64,000 nt of DNA. Origin: Obrimoposthia wandeli (Eukaryota). The stretch is taken from positions 62,001-126,000 of the forward strand of contig CDROCS010005499.1 in assembly GCA_977020255.1 (NCBI GenBank), in the 5' to 3' direction. The position numbers and the translations under genes were made by a program. Below the pieces are notes generated by a model. That model was not told where the DNA came from and searched no databases. It saw only the letters and a list, made by a program, of their open reading frames with translations. The stretch's first letter is position 1, and the number at the start of each line of letters is the position of its first letter. Of this stretch, positions 19,702 to 30,135 are shown piece after piece.

Positions 19702-19978
19702 ATCTATCCCCTTAGATTTGCATTCATAAATACGATATTTTTTCATCATCGAGAAAGAAAATCATTGATAATGATGACTAAAATACTCAGCGTATTCTAC
19801 GGGAATATCAAAAAAAATAGTCACAATTGTGCAGATTTTTTCACTTCCCATTGACCACACAGAAAGTATGTCAATAATCTTACTTTTGTGAAATCGATTC
19901 CATTTATCACACCTAAACTCATTGGATGACCGCTTAGCTAGGCAGCAATGTATTCATCATTTTTTAATGGGTAAACCT

Positions 19979-21469
19979 ATGGATATTAGAAGTGCTCGAT
20001 ATTTTTTAATTAAAAACAAATTCAAACCAATTCAACATCAGGCTTTATGCTTATTTCCCCTACTCTATTTAATCCGATCTTTTTTTATATTGATATTATT
20101 ACTAGCATCATTTCACATTCATGCACAAGACGGCTTATATAAATGGCAAAAGCCGCATAAACCATTAACAGAAGAACAAATAGCGGAAAGTAACCCTTTT
20201 TATCCATCACGGGCTACCACCGATGGTCGCCAGCTAACGCCAGATATGTTTGAAAACCCTGAAGTCTGCAAAGGATGTCACAGTGAAATTTACCAGCAGT
20301 GGGAAAAGTCCGCCATGGCCTACTCGTGGGAAGACCCTATTTACCAAGCGCTATTTCTACGCGCGAGTAAAGCAACAGATGGCCAAGTTGATAATTTTTG
20401 TATTGCTTGTCATAGCCCAATAGGCATGACGAGCATGAATGCTTCTGCCGCAATGATCGAAACAAACACCGATCTACCAGGGGTTAACTGCGAAGTTTGT
20501 CATAACATTACCGGTATAACGGGTAACGATAACGCAGCGTACATTTTATCACCCAACAAAGATAAACATGTAAAATTAGGTCCGCGTACTGATGCAAGTT
20601 CGCCTTACCATAAAATAGAATATTCAGATCTTCATACTCGCTCAGAATTTTGCTCTACTTGCCATAATGTTTCTCACCCTTTCAATAGCACACCGATAGA
20701 ACGTACTTACGATGAATGGCAGGAAAGCGCTTATAACGAACAAGGCATACAATGCCAAGATTGCCATATGACACCAGGGCCAGGACAAAGCGATAACCCA
20801 GGTAAATCAGCCATTATGGGAAAAGAGCGTAAACACATTTATTCCCATGAATTTACAGGGGGAAATTCAACACTGCATCAATATTTTAATAACCCTGATA
20901 GTGCTGAACTTTCGCGTGCCATGCTAAGATCGGCGGCAACCATTGAGTTTATTGATTTACCTGACTCACTCATAGCAGGCGAGCTTGTCACGATAAAAGT
21001 GAAAGTGGCCAATGTGGGTGCGGGTCATAAATTGCCTACTGGTTTTCCTGAAGGCCGTGAGGTGTGGGTTGATTTTAATGTTAAGACAGACATTCAACCC
21101 TCAATATACCGTTCTGGTGCCGTTGTCGATGGACACACCGAAAAAGGGACGCGTAACTTCAAAGTCACGTTAGGTGATGCCAATGGCAATGTGGTTGATC
21201 TCAATGTATGGGAAGTTGATAGAGTGTTGTCTGATACGCGCATTCAACCGAATGGCTATTCAATCGTCGATTATACTTTTCAAATACCAGAAGATACGTC
21301 AGGTATTATTACCTTATATGCTCAGCTCAATTACTGGCCATTCCCTCAAGAAATTGTTGATGAATTACTCGGTAAAGATAAATTAAAGGTCGATATCGTT
21401 AATATGACGTCGGTAAGTGCTGCATTGCCTATTGTTAATGCTGAACAGACAATTGCAATGAAGCCTTAA
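19979..21469 (+). CDS. Exported multiheme (5 x CXXCH) cytochrome c with C-terminal beta-rich domain
   Basis: CKGCH, CIACH, CEVCH, CSTCH, CQDCH; hydrophobic leader ending FHIHA-QD. True start uncertain (19922-20050). Confidence 0.85.
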   Translation: MDIRSARYFLIKNKFKPIQHQALCLFPLLYLIRSFFILILLLASFHIHAQDGLYKWQKPHKPLTEEQIAESNPFYPSRATTDGRQLTPDMFENPEVCKGCHSEIYQQWEKSAMAYSWEDPIYQALFLRASKATDGQVDNFCIACHSPIGMTSMNASAAMIETNTDLPGVNCEVCHNITGITGNDNAAYILSPNKDKHVKLGPRTDASSPYHKIEYSDLHTRSEFCSTCHNVSHPFNSTPIERTYDEWQESAYNEQGIQCQDCHMTPGPGQSDNPGKSAIMGKERKHIYSHEFTGGNSTLHQYFNNPDSAELSRAMLRSAATIEFIDLPDSLIAGELVTIKVKVANVGAGHKLPTGFPEGREVWVDFNVKTDIQPSIYRSGAVVDGHTEKGTRNFKVTLGDANGNVVDLNVWEVDRVLSDTRIQPNGYSIVDYTFQIPEDTSGIITLYAQLNYWPFPQEIVDELLGKDKLKVDIVNMTSVSAALPIVNAEQTIAMKP

Positions 21470-21571
21470 TCACAATTAGCATATAAAAGAACACCCTCTG
21501 TTATTCATAATACAAATTATAATAACAAAGGGTGTTTTACTCTTACTGTATTAATAATGAGTCACTGATAA

Positions 21572-23080
21572 TTAGTGGCTTTCTGCTAATTCTTTTTCTG
21601 TTTCTAATTTTTCTAACTCTTCGCCTTTGCGAATAAGTTTTGCTATCACTTTAGACAGTACCAATGTGACGAAAACCATCAAAAATGCAAATACTGCCAA
21701 TGTATAAAAATAGTTGGTATAAACATTTTCTATAATTTCTTGGGTTAGTACCTGATCTTTCGGTAGTGCTATTTTTGTTGATATTACGGCCGCTAAAATA
21801 CCGCTTAACGACAAGGCAACAGCCCGCAACCCCATCGAGAATGCAGATAAGTAACGTGGCACCATTTCAAAAATGAAACCAGCACCCAATGCACCAACAA
21901 TCAACTCTGCAAACGATTGGAAAAAATTCACCCATAAAATCCAATCTGCAGAAATTTTTCCGTTTTCGCCCACAAAACCGGTTGATAGACCCAACAAGGC
22001 AAATGCAATCGCGGTAAAGCCAAAAGCGGCGGCAAACTTAGTTGGAATCGTCGGCGAGTATCCCTTCCTATCCATCCAACCATAGATATAAATAGCCGGA
22101 CCACCCAGCACAAAACACCATAATGGATTAAACGCCACATTAGATTCAGGGCGAATAGGAATAAACCCTAATAGCTGATCACCCATTAAATTAATCGCGT
22201 AAATGTTCATTGAAGTGAGCATTTGACCATAATAGAAGTAAAAAACCATGAAGATGAAAATCATGATTAAGACACAACACATCTTGTATCTATACACGAT
22301 GGTCGCTTTGGTAATTTCATAGATAAAATACAAAATAACCAGCACACCTAATGCATAAAGCAGGTATTTACCTTCATCTAAGTTCGCGAATATCCAATAC
22401 ACTAAACGCAGCATTATGGCTGAACCCACAATAAAGCCAGCCCACACTTTCATGCTTACAGGGCGCTTATCGAGATCATTACCCGCTTCAACCAACTCTT
22501 TGCGGAACTTGAAAAACAGAACAAGCGTTAACATCATTAAAAATGAAGATATAAAGAAGTTGCCTTGGTAGGCGAGATACGCAACAAAAAATGGGAATAG
22601 ATATTGTGATAAAAACGATCCCAGATTATTAATGGAATAGTTAATCGTTAAACCCTGCTGGAAAGACTCACGGTTTGTTGCTGAATATGAGTTACCGAAC
22701 AATACAGTCGGACACGTTGCAGACAACCCTCGCGAATAACCAATTAACGCGATAGCAAAAATACTCATCGGTATATTGAGCTGTGATGCACCGATTCCAA
22801 GTAAAAAGAAACCAATCGTATAAGTGGTATAACCGATATAGACAGCACGAAACGAACCAATATACCTATCGGCAACAAAACCACCAACAGCCGAGAATAC
22901 TGGCCCGACGGCACCAAAAGCACCCAGCATCATAATGGTATCAGCTTCACTGTAGTTAAGCTCAAACAAGAAATATTTTGTTAATAATACATAGGTACCG
23001 TAGAAAGCAGCCCCCCATAAAAACTGCCTGAGGATTAAAACTCTAGCTGTGCGAGGAAATCTAGCATTTGCATCTTGCAT
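21572..23080 (-). CDS. POT/PTR family proton-dependent oligopeptide transporter
   Basis: MFS topology; GGFVADRYIG, YSINNLGS, QSFAELIV. Confidence 0.85.
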   Translation of the reverse strand: MQDANARFPRTARVLILRQFLWGAAFYGTYVLLTKYFLFELNYSEADTIMMLGAFGAVGPVFSAVGGFVADRYIGSFRAVYIGYTTYTIGFFLLGIGASQLNIPMSIFAIALIGYSRGLSATCPTVLFGNSYSATNRESFQQGLTINYSINNLGSFLSQYLFPFFVAYLAYQGNFFISSFLMMLTLVLFFKFRKELVEAGNDLDKRPVSMKVWAGFIVGSAIMLRLVYWIFANLDEGKYLLYALGVLVILYFIYEITKATIVYRYKMCCVLIMIFIFMVFYFYYGQMLTSMNIYAINLMGDQLLGFIPIRPESNVAFNPLWCFVLGGPAIYIYGWMDRKGYSPTIPTKFAAAFGFTAIAFALLGLSTGFVGENGKISADWILWVNFFQSFAELIVGALGAGFIFEMVPRYLSAFSMGLRAVALSLSGILAAVISTKIALPKDQVLTQEIIENVYTNYFYTLAVFAFLMVFVTLVLSKVIAKLIRKGEELEKLETEKELAESH

Positions 23081-23287
23081 ATCATACTCCTTTGAAATTA
23101 TGCATTGCGAAACTTACCACCAATAGGCTTTCATGTTTTACAATCGAAATCACAATATTCAACAAATAGCGTATGGTGGGAGTATTTTTTTCTCATTATG
23201 ATGCCTTGCGCATAATCAAGGAGTTAGCACTATTACAAGGGTATATTCCAAAAAAAAAAGCATGCTCTTAATCATGCTATCTGCTCT

Positions 23288-23304
23288 CTTAAGCCTTTCT
23301 TAAG
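23288..23304 (+). promoter_or_regulatory. PmrA/BasR/QseB-type direct-repeat box
   Basis: CTTAAG-N5-CTTAAG, 48 bp upstream of the operon. Confidence 0.6.
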
Positions 23305-23351
23305 TTTCGCCCCTTAAAGTTAGTCATAACGGTAATGATTAGGGGAAAGCG

Positions 23352-23981
23352 ATGAACACAAATTACCTCAACACCCATGCCAATTTACTTCTTATCGATA
23401 AGCAACACCCTTATCGACAAGACGTAGAGCAGTATGTTTCCACACGCTATAAAGATGCCTTTAATGCAAAGATTGTCGAATTCATGCCAACCTTTATGGC
23501 TATCTATGATGATCAGCAAGTGCTGCTCTCTGTTTGTGGATTTCGCGTGGCAAGCCAAGAACCCCTTTACCTAGAGCAATACCTTCCTCAGCCTGCTGAT
23601 ACATTAATGGCAGAATCTTTAGATCGTAATATTGACCGCAGCAAACTCATAGAATTTGGACAACTTGCATCTTTTTCACACGGTATGTCGCCGCTGCATT
23701 TTTTGTTGATGACCCAAAAACTCGTCGATAGCGGTTTTGAGTGGTGTATTTTCACTGCAACCGATCCCCTCTACGTCATGATGTGTCGTCTCGGTTTACA
23801 ACTGCATGTGTTATCTGATGCAAACCCGAATGTGATACCCAATGCGGAATCAACGTGGGGAACGTATTACCACCACCAGCCTCGTGTTTCTGCAGTGAAT
23901 TTACCCTTAGGGCTTTTGCAATTAAAAAAACGATTTTCTCGCTTAGATGCGATTAAACAATGCCGTAAGGAAAGACGCTAA
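23352..23981 (+). CDS. 'Thermostable hemolysin' (delta-VPH) family; acyltransferase-like
   Basis: CGFRVASQEPLYLEQYL, IEFGQLAS, WCIFTAT, WGTYY. Confidence 0.85.
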   Translation: MNTNYLNTHANLLLIDKQHPYRQDVEQYVSTRYKDAFNAKIVEFMPTFMAIYDDQQVLLSVCGFRVASQEPLYLEQYLPQPADTLMAESLDRNIDRSKLIEFGQLASFSHGMSPLHFLLMTQKLVDSGFEWCIFTATDPLYVMMCRLGLQLHVLSDANPNVIPNAESTWGTYYHHQPRVSAVNLPLGLLQLKKRFSRLDAIKQCRKERR

Positions 23982-26365
23982 TGAACACAATTGACGATCA
24001 TAACATTCAGCATAAGAGTGTACTGACGGCCCTAGAAAAATGGGCGATACAATGCCCAACAAAACTGGCTGTATTGGGTGAATTGCGCACTGAAGAAACA
24101 CACGCTCAAAGCTCGCTAACAAACAATAAGCCACACAGCAGTCTTACATTCAGTGAATTATGGCAAGCGGTACAACACGCAAAGCATGCATTAATGGCAT
24201 TACAAGCTAAACGCATCGCCTTAAAAGCAGATAACAGCATTAACTGGGCAATTATCGATCTCGCAGCAATCGCGGCAAACATTGTATTAGTGCCTGTACC
24301 CATGTTCTTTTCTAGCAGCCAGATTACTCACCTACTAGACACCGCCAATGTAGATACGCTAATAGGCAATTGGGAAAAAACAACAGATGCGCTGGATTAT
24401 ACAGACGCGGTAGGTTATATAGCAGCGCTAACGGTGTACCACCGAGCAACACATAATAAGCAACAACAGTTACCAACTGGTACGGCAAAAGTCACTTTTA
24501 CATCAGGCTCTACTGGTCAGCCTAAAGGTGTCTGCCTGAGTATGGCGCATTTAGATAACGTGGCTCGAACACTGGCTAATGAACTGATCCTTTCATCATG
24601 CCCTAACAAGCACTTAGTGCTACTCCCCCTATCTACTTTACTTGAAAATATAGCAGGGCTGTATGTACCGATAATGCTTGGCATTTCAACCACTATCCTT
24701 TCTGGACGTCACCTCGGATTAACCGGTTCAAGCCAATTTAATCCTTCACTGTTTATTCACGCATTACAAAGCCACCAGCCACAAAGCCTTGTGCTAACAC
24801 CGCAATTATTGATGGCATTAACGGACATTGTTCAAGCGGCACCTGCAGCCGTCTCTCATACCATTTGTTCATTAAAATTTGTTGCTGTGGGTGGCGCACG
24901 TGTTTCACCTCAATTATTAAGTAAAGCGCACGCTGCGGGTATTCCTGCTTATGAAGGTTATGGATTATCTGAATGCGGCTCTGTTGTAAGCTTAAATCGC
25001 CCTGACATTAATACTAAGAACAATCAAAAAGGCAGCAGCGGACGCGTATTACCTCATTGCCACGTCACCTTTTCTGGTGAGGGTGAAGTCTTGGTTTCTG
25101 GATCGACCATGCTTGGATATATCGGCGATCCTATACAACCTACATTTATCGAAACTGGCGATATTGGTTACTTAGACAATGAAGGTTTCTTGCACATTAC
25201 GGGCCGTAAGAAGAACATTTTGATCACCAGTTATGGCCGTAATATCTCGCCAGAATGGATTGAATCAGAAGCACAAGCTTATGCTGGGCTGCAACAAATG
25301 GTTGTACTGGGTGATGGACAAGCCTCGCTCACCGCCATTATTGCCACCCAAAATTTAGAACACTCATTAATACAACGGAACCGAAAACAAAGCCTTAAAC
25401 AAGTAACGGAATCTATTGCGCAATTAAATGCCTCGTTACCTGATTACGCACGAATCGGTTCCATCATTATTTCTCATCCATTTAATCAATTACCTGCATT
25501 GGTGACCAGCAACGGTCGTCCACGTCGAGATGCCTTTCAGCTCTATTTTCAACCTGAACTTAGCAAGTTAGATAGCATAACAAGTGACAATGTAACCACA
25601 CCTACAGAGATCATCATATTAAATACAACATCGGCTCTTTCAATACATAAGGATCACACCATGACGTCACCAATACCGTTCTTTGAACAATTACAACAGC
25701 GCACTCAAGATGCACAACAAACCATGCGAAACGCACCCGTTTTCACGGCATGCGCTAATGGTGAAATGAGCCTTGATGCTTATATTTCCTTTCTTACTCA
25801 GGCTTACCATCATGTGAAGCATACCGTTCCACTATTGATGGCTTGCGGCTCGCGATTACCCGAGCATTACGAATGGCTACGCCAAGCAATCGGTGAATAT
25901 ATCGAAGAAGAAAAAGGTCATCACGAATGGATATTGAATGACATTCAAACATGTGATGGTAATACCGATGATGTGCGTGCGAATACCCATCAAGGAAAAG
26001 TCGGTGCCGATATCGAATTAATGGTCGCCTATCTTTACCACCAGATTGATCGTCGTAACCCAATGGCCTTCTTTGGCATGGTATGGGTACTAGAAGGTAC
26101 AAGTGTGAGTGAAGGCGGACAAGTCGCCACAGCAATTCAAACAACGCTGACGTTACCCGATAGCGCAATGAGCTATTTACAATCACACAGTGAATTAGAT
26201 AAAGAGCACATCGAAATGTTTGAAGGGCTGATGAACCAGATCACCGATCCTGATGATCAGCAAGCCATTATCGACGGTGCAAACATGGTGTACCAATTAT
26301 ACGGTCAGATGCTGCATAACTTGCCCATTACTCAGTCGCATTCAACATCAACTGCTGCGGCCTGA
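23981..26365 (+). CDS. AMP-dependent acyl ligase fused in frame to a heme-oxygenase-like diiron (iron-containing redox) domain
   Basis: FTSGSTGQPKG, GYGLSE, TGDIG, GRKKN, then YHHVKH, EEEKGHHEWILND, LEG, HSELDKEH. Internal AAGGA RBS plus in-frame ATG at 25661. Confidence 0.88.
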   Translation: MNTIDDHNIQHKSVLTALEKWAIQCPTKLAVLGELRTEETHAQSSLTNNKPHSSLTFSELWQAVQHAKHALMALQAKRIALKADNSINWAIIDLAAIAANIVLVPVPMFFSSSQITHLLDTANVDTLIGNWEKTTDALDYTDAVGYIAALTVYHRATHNKQQQLPTGTAKVTFTSGSTGQPKGVCLSMAHLDNVARTLANELILSSCPNKHLVLLPLSTLLENIAGLYVPIMLGISTTILSGRHLGLTGSSQFNPSLFIHALQSHQPQSLVLTPQLLMALTDIVQAAPAAVSHTICSLKFVAVGGARVSPQLLSKAHAAGIPAYEGYGLSECGSVVSLNRPDINTKNNQKGSSGRVLPHCHVTFSGEGEVLVSGSTMLGYIGDPIQPTFIETGDIGYLDNEGFLHITGRKKNILITSYGRNISPEWIESEAQAYAGLQQMVVLGDGQASLTAIIATQNLEHSLIQRNRKQSLKQVTESIAQLNASLPDYARIGSIIISHPFNQLPALVTSNGRPRRDAFQLYFQPELSKLDSITSDNVTTPTEIIILNTTSALSIHKDHTMTSPIPFFEQLQQRTQDAQQTMRNAPVFTACANGEMSLDAYISFLTQAYHHVKHTVPLLMACGSRLPEHYEWLRQAIGEYIEEEKGHHEWILNDIQTCDGNTDDVRANTHQGKVGADIELMVAYLYHQIDRRNPMAFFGMVWVLEGTSVSEGGQVATAIQTTLTLPDSAMSYLQSHSELDKEHIEMFEGLMNQITDPDDQQAIIDGANMVYQLYGQMLHNLPITQSHSTSTAAA

Positions 26366-26453
26366 ATCGATTGGCAGGCCATCGCACTCAAGAAAAAGAC
26401 ACTCAAAAGAAGCACGAAAAGCCTTACGCCCTACAGAATAAAAGGAGCAACAG

Positions 26454-27254
26454 ATGGATTTAAAACAAAAACGCATTCTACTTACAGGAGCTACAGGGGG
26501 AATTGGATCAGCATTAGCGATCCAGTTAGCCAAACAAGGCGCATATTTAATTCTTGCGGGAAGACAACAAACCAAGCTTGATGCACTTAAAAGTAGCCTT
26601 GAAAACACCAGTGAACATCGTTGTATCGCAGCTGATTTGACGACTGATGGTATAGAAACCATCAACACAGCTTGTCAAAATTGGAAAGATCAGGGCATCT
26701 ATATTGATGTCGTGATCAACAATGCGGGAACCAATACTTTTGCTTATCTCGCACAGCAAACCACTGCCAGCATTACACGAGAAACGCAGTTAAATATGCT
26801 GGCTCCTATTTTGTTAAGTCAAAAAGCCCTCTCTTGGCTTCAACGTCCGGGCATCATATTGAATATAGGATCAACATTCAGTGCCATTGGATACCCAGGA
26901 TACAGTACCTATTGTGCAACAAAAGCCGCGATTCATCGCTTTAGTGAGGCAATGCAACGTGAACTTACTGGTACCGGTATTCAAGTGTTGTACTTTGCCC
27001 CTCGCGCAACCGACACAAAACTAAATGATCAAAGGGTTACAGAGCTCAATACATTGCTCGGGAATAAAACAGACAGTGCTGAATATGTTGCCAGTCAGAT
27101 CATTGTCACATTGAAAGCAGAAACAAAATACCGCTGGCTTGGTTGGCCTGAAAAATTGTTTGTTCGCCTTAACCAATTATTACCCAGTGTCGTGTCGTCA
27201 TCTATTCGAAAACAACATACGCGTATCACCGAATTTGCCAGTAAATCACTATAA
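26454..27254 (+). CDS. SDR family oxidoreductase
   Basis: TGATGGIG, NNAG, YCATK. Confidence 0.92.
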   Translation: MDLKQKRILLTGATGGIGSALAIQLAKQGAYLILAGRQQTKLDALKSSLENTSEHRCIAADLTTDGIETINTACQNWKDQGIYIDVVINNAGTNTFAYLAQQTTASITRETQLNMLAPILLSQKALSWLQRPGIILNIGSTFSAIGYPGYSTYCATKAAIHRFSEAMQRELTGTGIQVLYFAPRATDTKLNDQRVTELNTLLGNKTDSAEYVASQIIVTLKAETKYRWLGWPEKLFVRLNQLLPSVVSSSIRKQHTRITEFASKSL

Positions 27255-27299
27255 AAAGCACTACCTATTCACCAGAATTTCGACGCCAAGGAGTACACA

Positions 27300-27950
27300 A
27301 TGAAATTGAATAAACAACAGTTCAAAGCGGTTATCACATCTGGATGCTTGTTGATATTAGCTTCTCCCGTGAATGCTGCATCACAAACAGACTCTCTACC
27401 CACGATTCAAAAACAATGGGCAAAATGCCAATACGATACGTTTAATAAAGATAACAAAATAGAGTGTCTCGAAGGCCTTGTTAAACAAACACAACAATTA
27501 CTTAATCAATCGCCGAACCGGAGTGACCTTAAGGTATGGTTAGCCATCACAAAAAGTACCCTTGCTGGTGTTGATGGTGGGCTAGGTGCATTATCTTTAG
27601 CAAAAGAATCCAAGATACTGCTCGATGACGTTATAAAAAAAGACCCAGAAGTGCTTGATGGATCAGCATTTACCAGTTTAGGTTCACTATACTACAAGGT
27701 ACCAGGCTGGCCGATTGGCTTCGGTGATGATGACAAAGCAGAAGAAATGCTTAAAAAAGCTTTAGCGATAAACCCTACGGGTATTGATCCCAATTATTTC
27801 TATGGTGATTTTTTAGCGCAAGATGGACGACAATCAGAAGCGATTGTGTACCTGAAGAAAGCGCAACAAGCTGCACCCCGTTCACAGCGCCCACTGGCAG
27901 ATAAAGGGCGACAGCAAGAGATTGCGAATAGATTAAAGGAATTGCAGTAA
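27300..27950 (+). CDS. Exported TPR protein
   Basis: Signal peptide ending VNA-AS; LGSLYYKVPGWPIGFGD, ALAINPTGIDPNYFYGDFL. Confidence 0.85.
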   Translation: MKLNKQQFKAVITSGCLLILASPVNAASQTDSLPTIQKQWAKCQYDTFNKDNKIECLEGLVKQTQQLLNQSPNRSDLKVWLAITKSTLAGVDGGLGALSLAKESKILLDDVIKKDPEVLDGSAFTSLGSLYYKVPGWPIGFGDDDKAEEMLKKALAINPTGIDPNYFYGDFLAQDGRQSEAIVYLKKAQQAAPRSQRPLADKGRQQEIANRLKELQ

Positions 27951-27952
27951 AC

Positions 27953-28609
27953 ATGCGTATTTTACTTGTCGAAGATGATGTGATGTTGGGGGAATCCATG
28001 GTGACGTCGTTAAGTCGCCATGGCTATACCGTAGACTGGTTACAACAAGGCAATGGTGTAGAGGTCAATCTAAACACTGAAACCTTTATGGCTATTATTT
28101 TAGACCTCACACTACCCGATACCGATGGTTTAGAGGTACTGCGCAGAGTACGAAAAGCGGGACATACCCTGCCCATTATCATTTTAACGGCGCGCGATGA
28201 AATCAACGATCGTGTCAAAGGGCTTGATGGTGGTGCTGACGATTACCTCGTCAAACCTTTTGCGCTTGAAGAATTATTAGCTAGGCTTCGCGTATTAATC
28301 AGACGGGTTTCTGGGCATACCGACGCACAATTAGAAATTGGGGATTTATCGATTTCACTCAATACCAATGACGTACATTATCAAGGTAACCCAGTAAAAC
28401 TCACTAAAAATGAGTTTAAGATCTTAGCCACCTTGGTAACACAATCAGGACGCGTGCTTAGTAAAGAAAGCCTGCAACAAGTACTTCATGGTTGGGATGA
28501 TCTGGCAAGTGACAATGCTATCGAAGTGCACATTCATAATTTAAGGAAAAAAATTGGTGGCCAGCTAATCAAGAATATCCGCGGAGTGGGCTATATTATT
28601 GAAAGCTAA
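27953..28609 (+). CDS. OmpR-family response regulator (QseB/PmrA-like)
   Basis: MRILLVEDD, LDLTLP, GADDYLVKPF, IEVHIHNLRKK. Confidence 0.95.
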   Translation: MRILLVEDDVMLGESMVTSLSRHGYTVDWLQQGNGVEVNLNTETFMAIILDLTLPDTDGLEVLRRVRKAGHTLPIIILTARDEINDRVKGLDGGADDYLVKPFALEELLARLRVLIRRVSGHTDAQLEIGDLSISLNTNDVHYQGNPVKLTKNEFKILATLVTQSGRVLSKESLQQVLHGWDDLASDNAIEVHIHNLRKKIGGQLIKNIRGVGYIIES

Positions 28610-30059
28610 AAAATCATTCAACCCCGAACTTTTTTCCATCAAAAGACGACTAACCCTTACGACAATAACGGTTGCGTCTGTGCTGGTACTATTATCGTGG
28701 ATTTTAACATTTTACGAAACCCGACATGAAATAGATGAAGTCTATGATGCTCGTCTTGGGCAATCCGCTAAAATTTTAGCTTTAAGCATGCCACACATGC
28801 TGCAAGAACCTGCCGCTATACGTACAAAAGCTTATTCCGATTGGTATCACGATATTCAACTCAACGCCACCGACGATGATACCGTCACGACCTTTGGTCA
28901 TCCTTACGAACAGAATTTAATGTTTCAATTTTTTACTCTGACTGAAGTCATACTCAAATCACCAGGGGCGCCTACAACATTAATCGGCGATGTTAATCAA
29001 CCAGGGTTTAGCTTCGTTACAATCAACAATGAAGAATGGCGTCGCTTTCAAATTCAATTACCCCCTCAGCCCGATATGGACCAAGCTGCCTTTTTAGTCA
29101 CGGCAGAAAGGCATGCGATTCGCTCAGAGTTAATTAATGAAATAGCCATCTCTACCGGATTACCTCAGCTTGTGTTGATCCCTATTCTTGCCCTAACAAT
29201 TATCTTTTTAGTGAACAAGTTTCTTCAGCCTATCGATGATCTTCGTAAAGCTATCGCTCAACGCAACATCAATAAACTCGATAGTATTCACGTACCACAA
29301 CCAACAGTTGAGTTAGCACCGCTGGTTAATCAGCTTAACTATTTATTCGCTGAATTAGATAAAGCATGGCAACGTGAACGTCGGCTTACTCGCACCGCTG
29401 CACATGAATTAAAAACCCCTCTTGCAGTGCTTAGATTAAATGCCGAAAATGCCCTAAATAGCTCAAATAAAAATGAATTAAGAAATGACCTAACAAATAT
29501 TTTGCAGGGTATTGATCGTACAGATCGCCTGATCCAGCAGCTACTGATGCTTTCTAAAGTGGAAGCAGAACAAGCCTTTCATCCTGAACCCGTAGAGGTA
29601 ATGGCATGTCTACGTGATGTTATCGCCTCACTTGCACCGATTGCTTTAAAGCAGAAGCAAGAATTATCACTCGATGGGCCCGATATCGTCATGACGCAAG
29701 GCAACGCCATGTTACTGAGTATCTTATTTAGTAATATTATCGATAATGCCATTCGTTATTCTGGCACTCATTCAACAATAGAAATAACAGCAACCTGTAA
29801 AAACAACAATGAGATGTTAACGTCAGACGTAATCGAAATTATTGTTCATGACAATGGCGAAACCATTCAAAAAGAGATTCGAGACAAGATCTTTGAGAAA
29901 TTTTTCCGAGGTAACACCGAACGAGGCGATGGTGCTGGTTTAGGTATGTCTATTGTGGCAGACATTGCCACAATGCACGGTGGTTATGTTAAGTTACTCC
30001 CTCCAACGGATCATCAAGGTAATGCATTCTTAATATCATTACCTTGTGACCCAAACTAG
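28599..30059 (+). CDS. Sensor histidine kinase (QseC/PmrB-like)
   Basis: Two TM helices; HEIDE in the periplasmic start; AAHELKTPL H-box; NAIRY, GAGLGMSIV. Confidence 0.95.
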   Translation: MKAKKSFNPELFSIKRRLTLTTITVASVLVLLSWILTFYETRHEIDEVYDARLGQSAKILALSMPHMLQEPAAIRTKAYSDWYHDIQLNATDDDTVTTFGHPYEQNLMFQFFTLTEVILKSPGAPTTLIGDVNQPGFSFVTINNEEWRRFQIQLPPQPDMDQAAFLVTAERHAIRSELINEIAISTGLPQLVLIPILALTIIFLVNKFLQPIDDLRKAIAQRNINKLDSIHVPQPTVELAPLVNQLNYLFAELDKAWQRERRLTRTAAHELKTPLAVLRLNAENALNSSNKNELRNDLTNILQGIDRTDRLIQQLLMLSKVEAEQAFHPEPVEVMACLRDVIASLAPIALKQKQELSLDGPDIVMTQGNAMLLSILFSNIIDNAIRYSGTHSTIEITATCKNNNEMLTSDVIEIIVHDNGETIQKEIRDKIFEKFFRGNTERGDGAGLGMSIVADIATMHGGYVKLLPPTDHQGNAFLISLPCDPN

Positions 30060-30135
30060 CCAGTACACGACAGTACTCACCCACTTTGCTTATTGCGATG
30101 ATCTATACTGATTAAGCCAATAAGAGATTATATTA

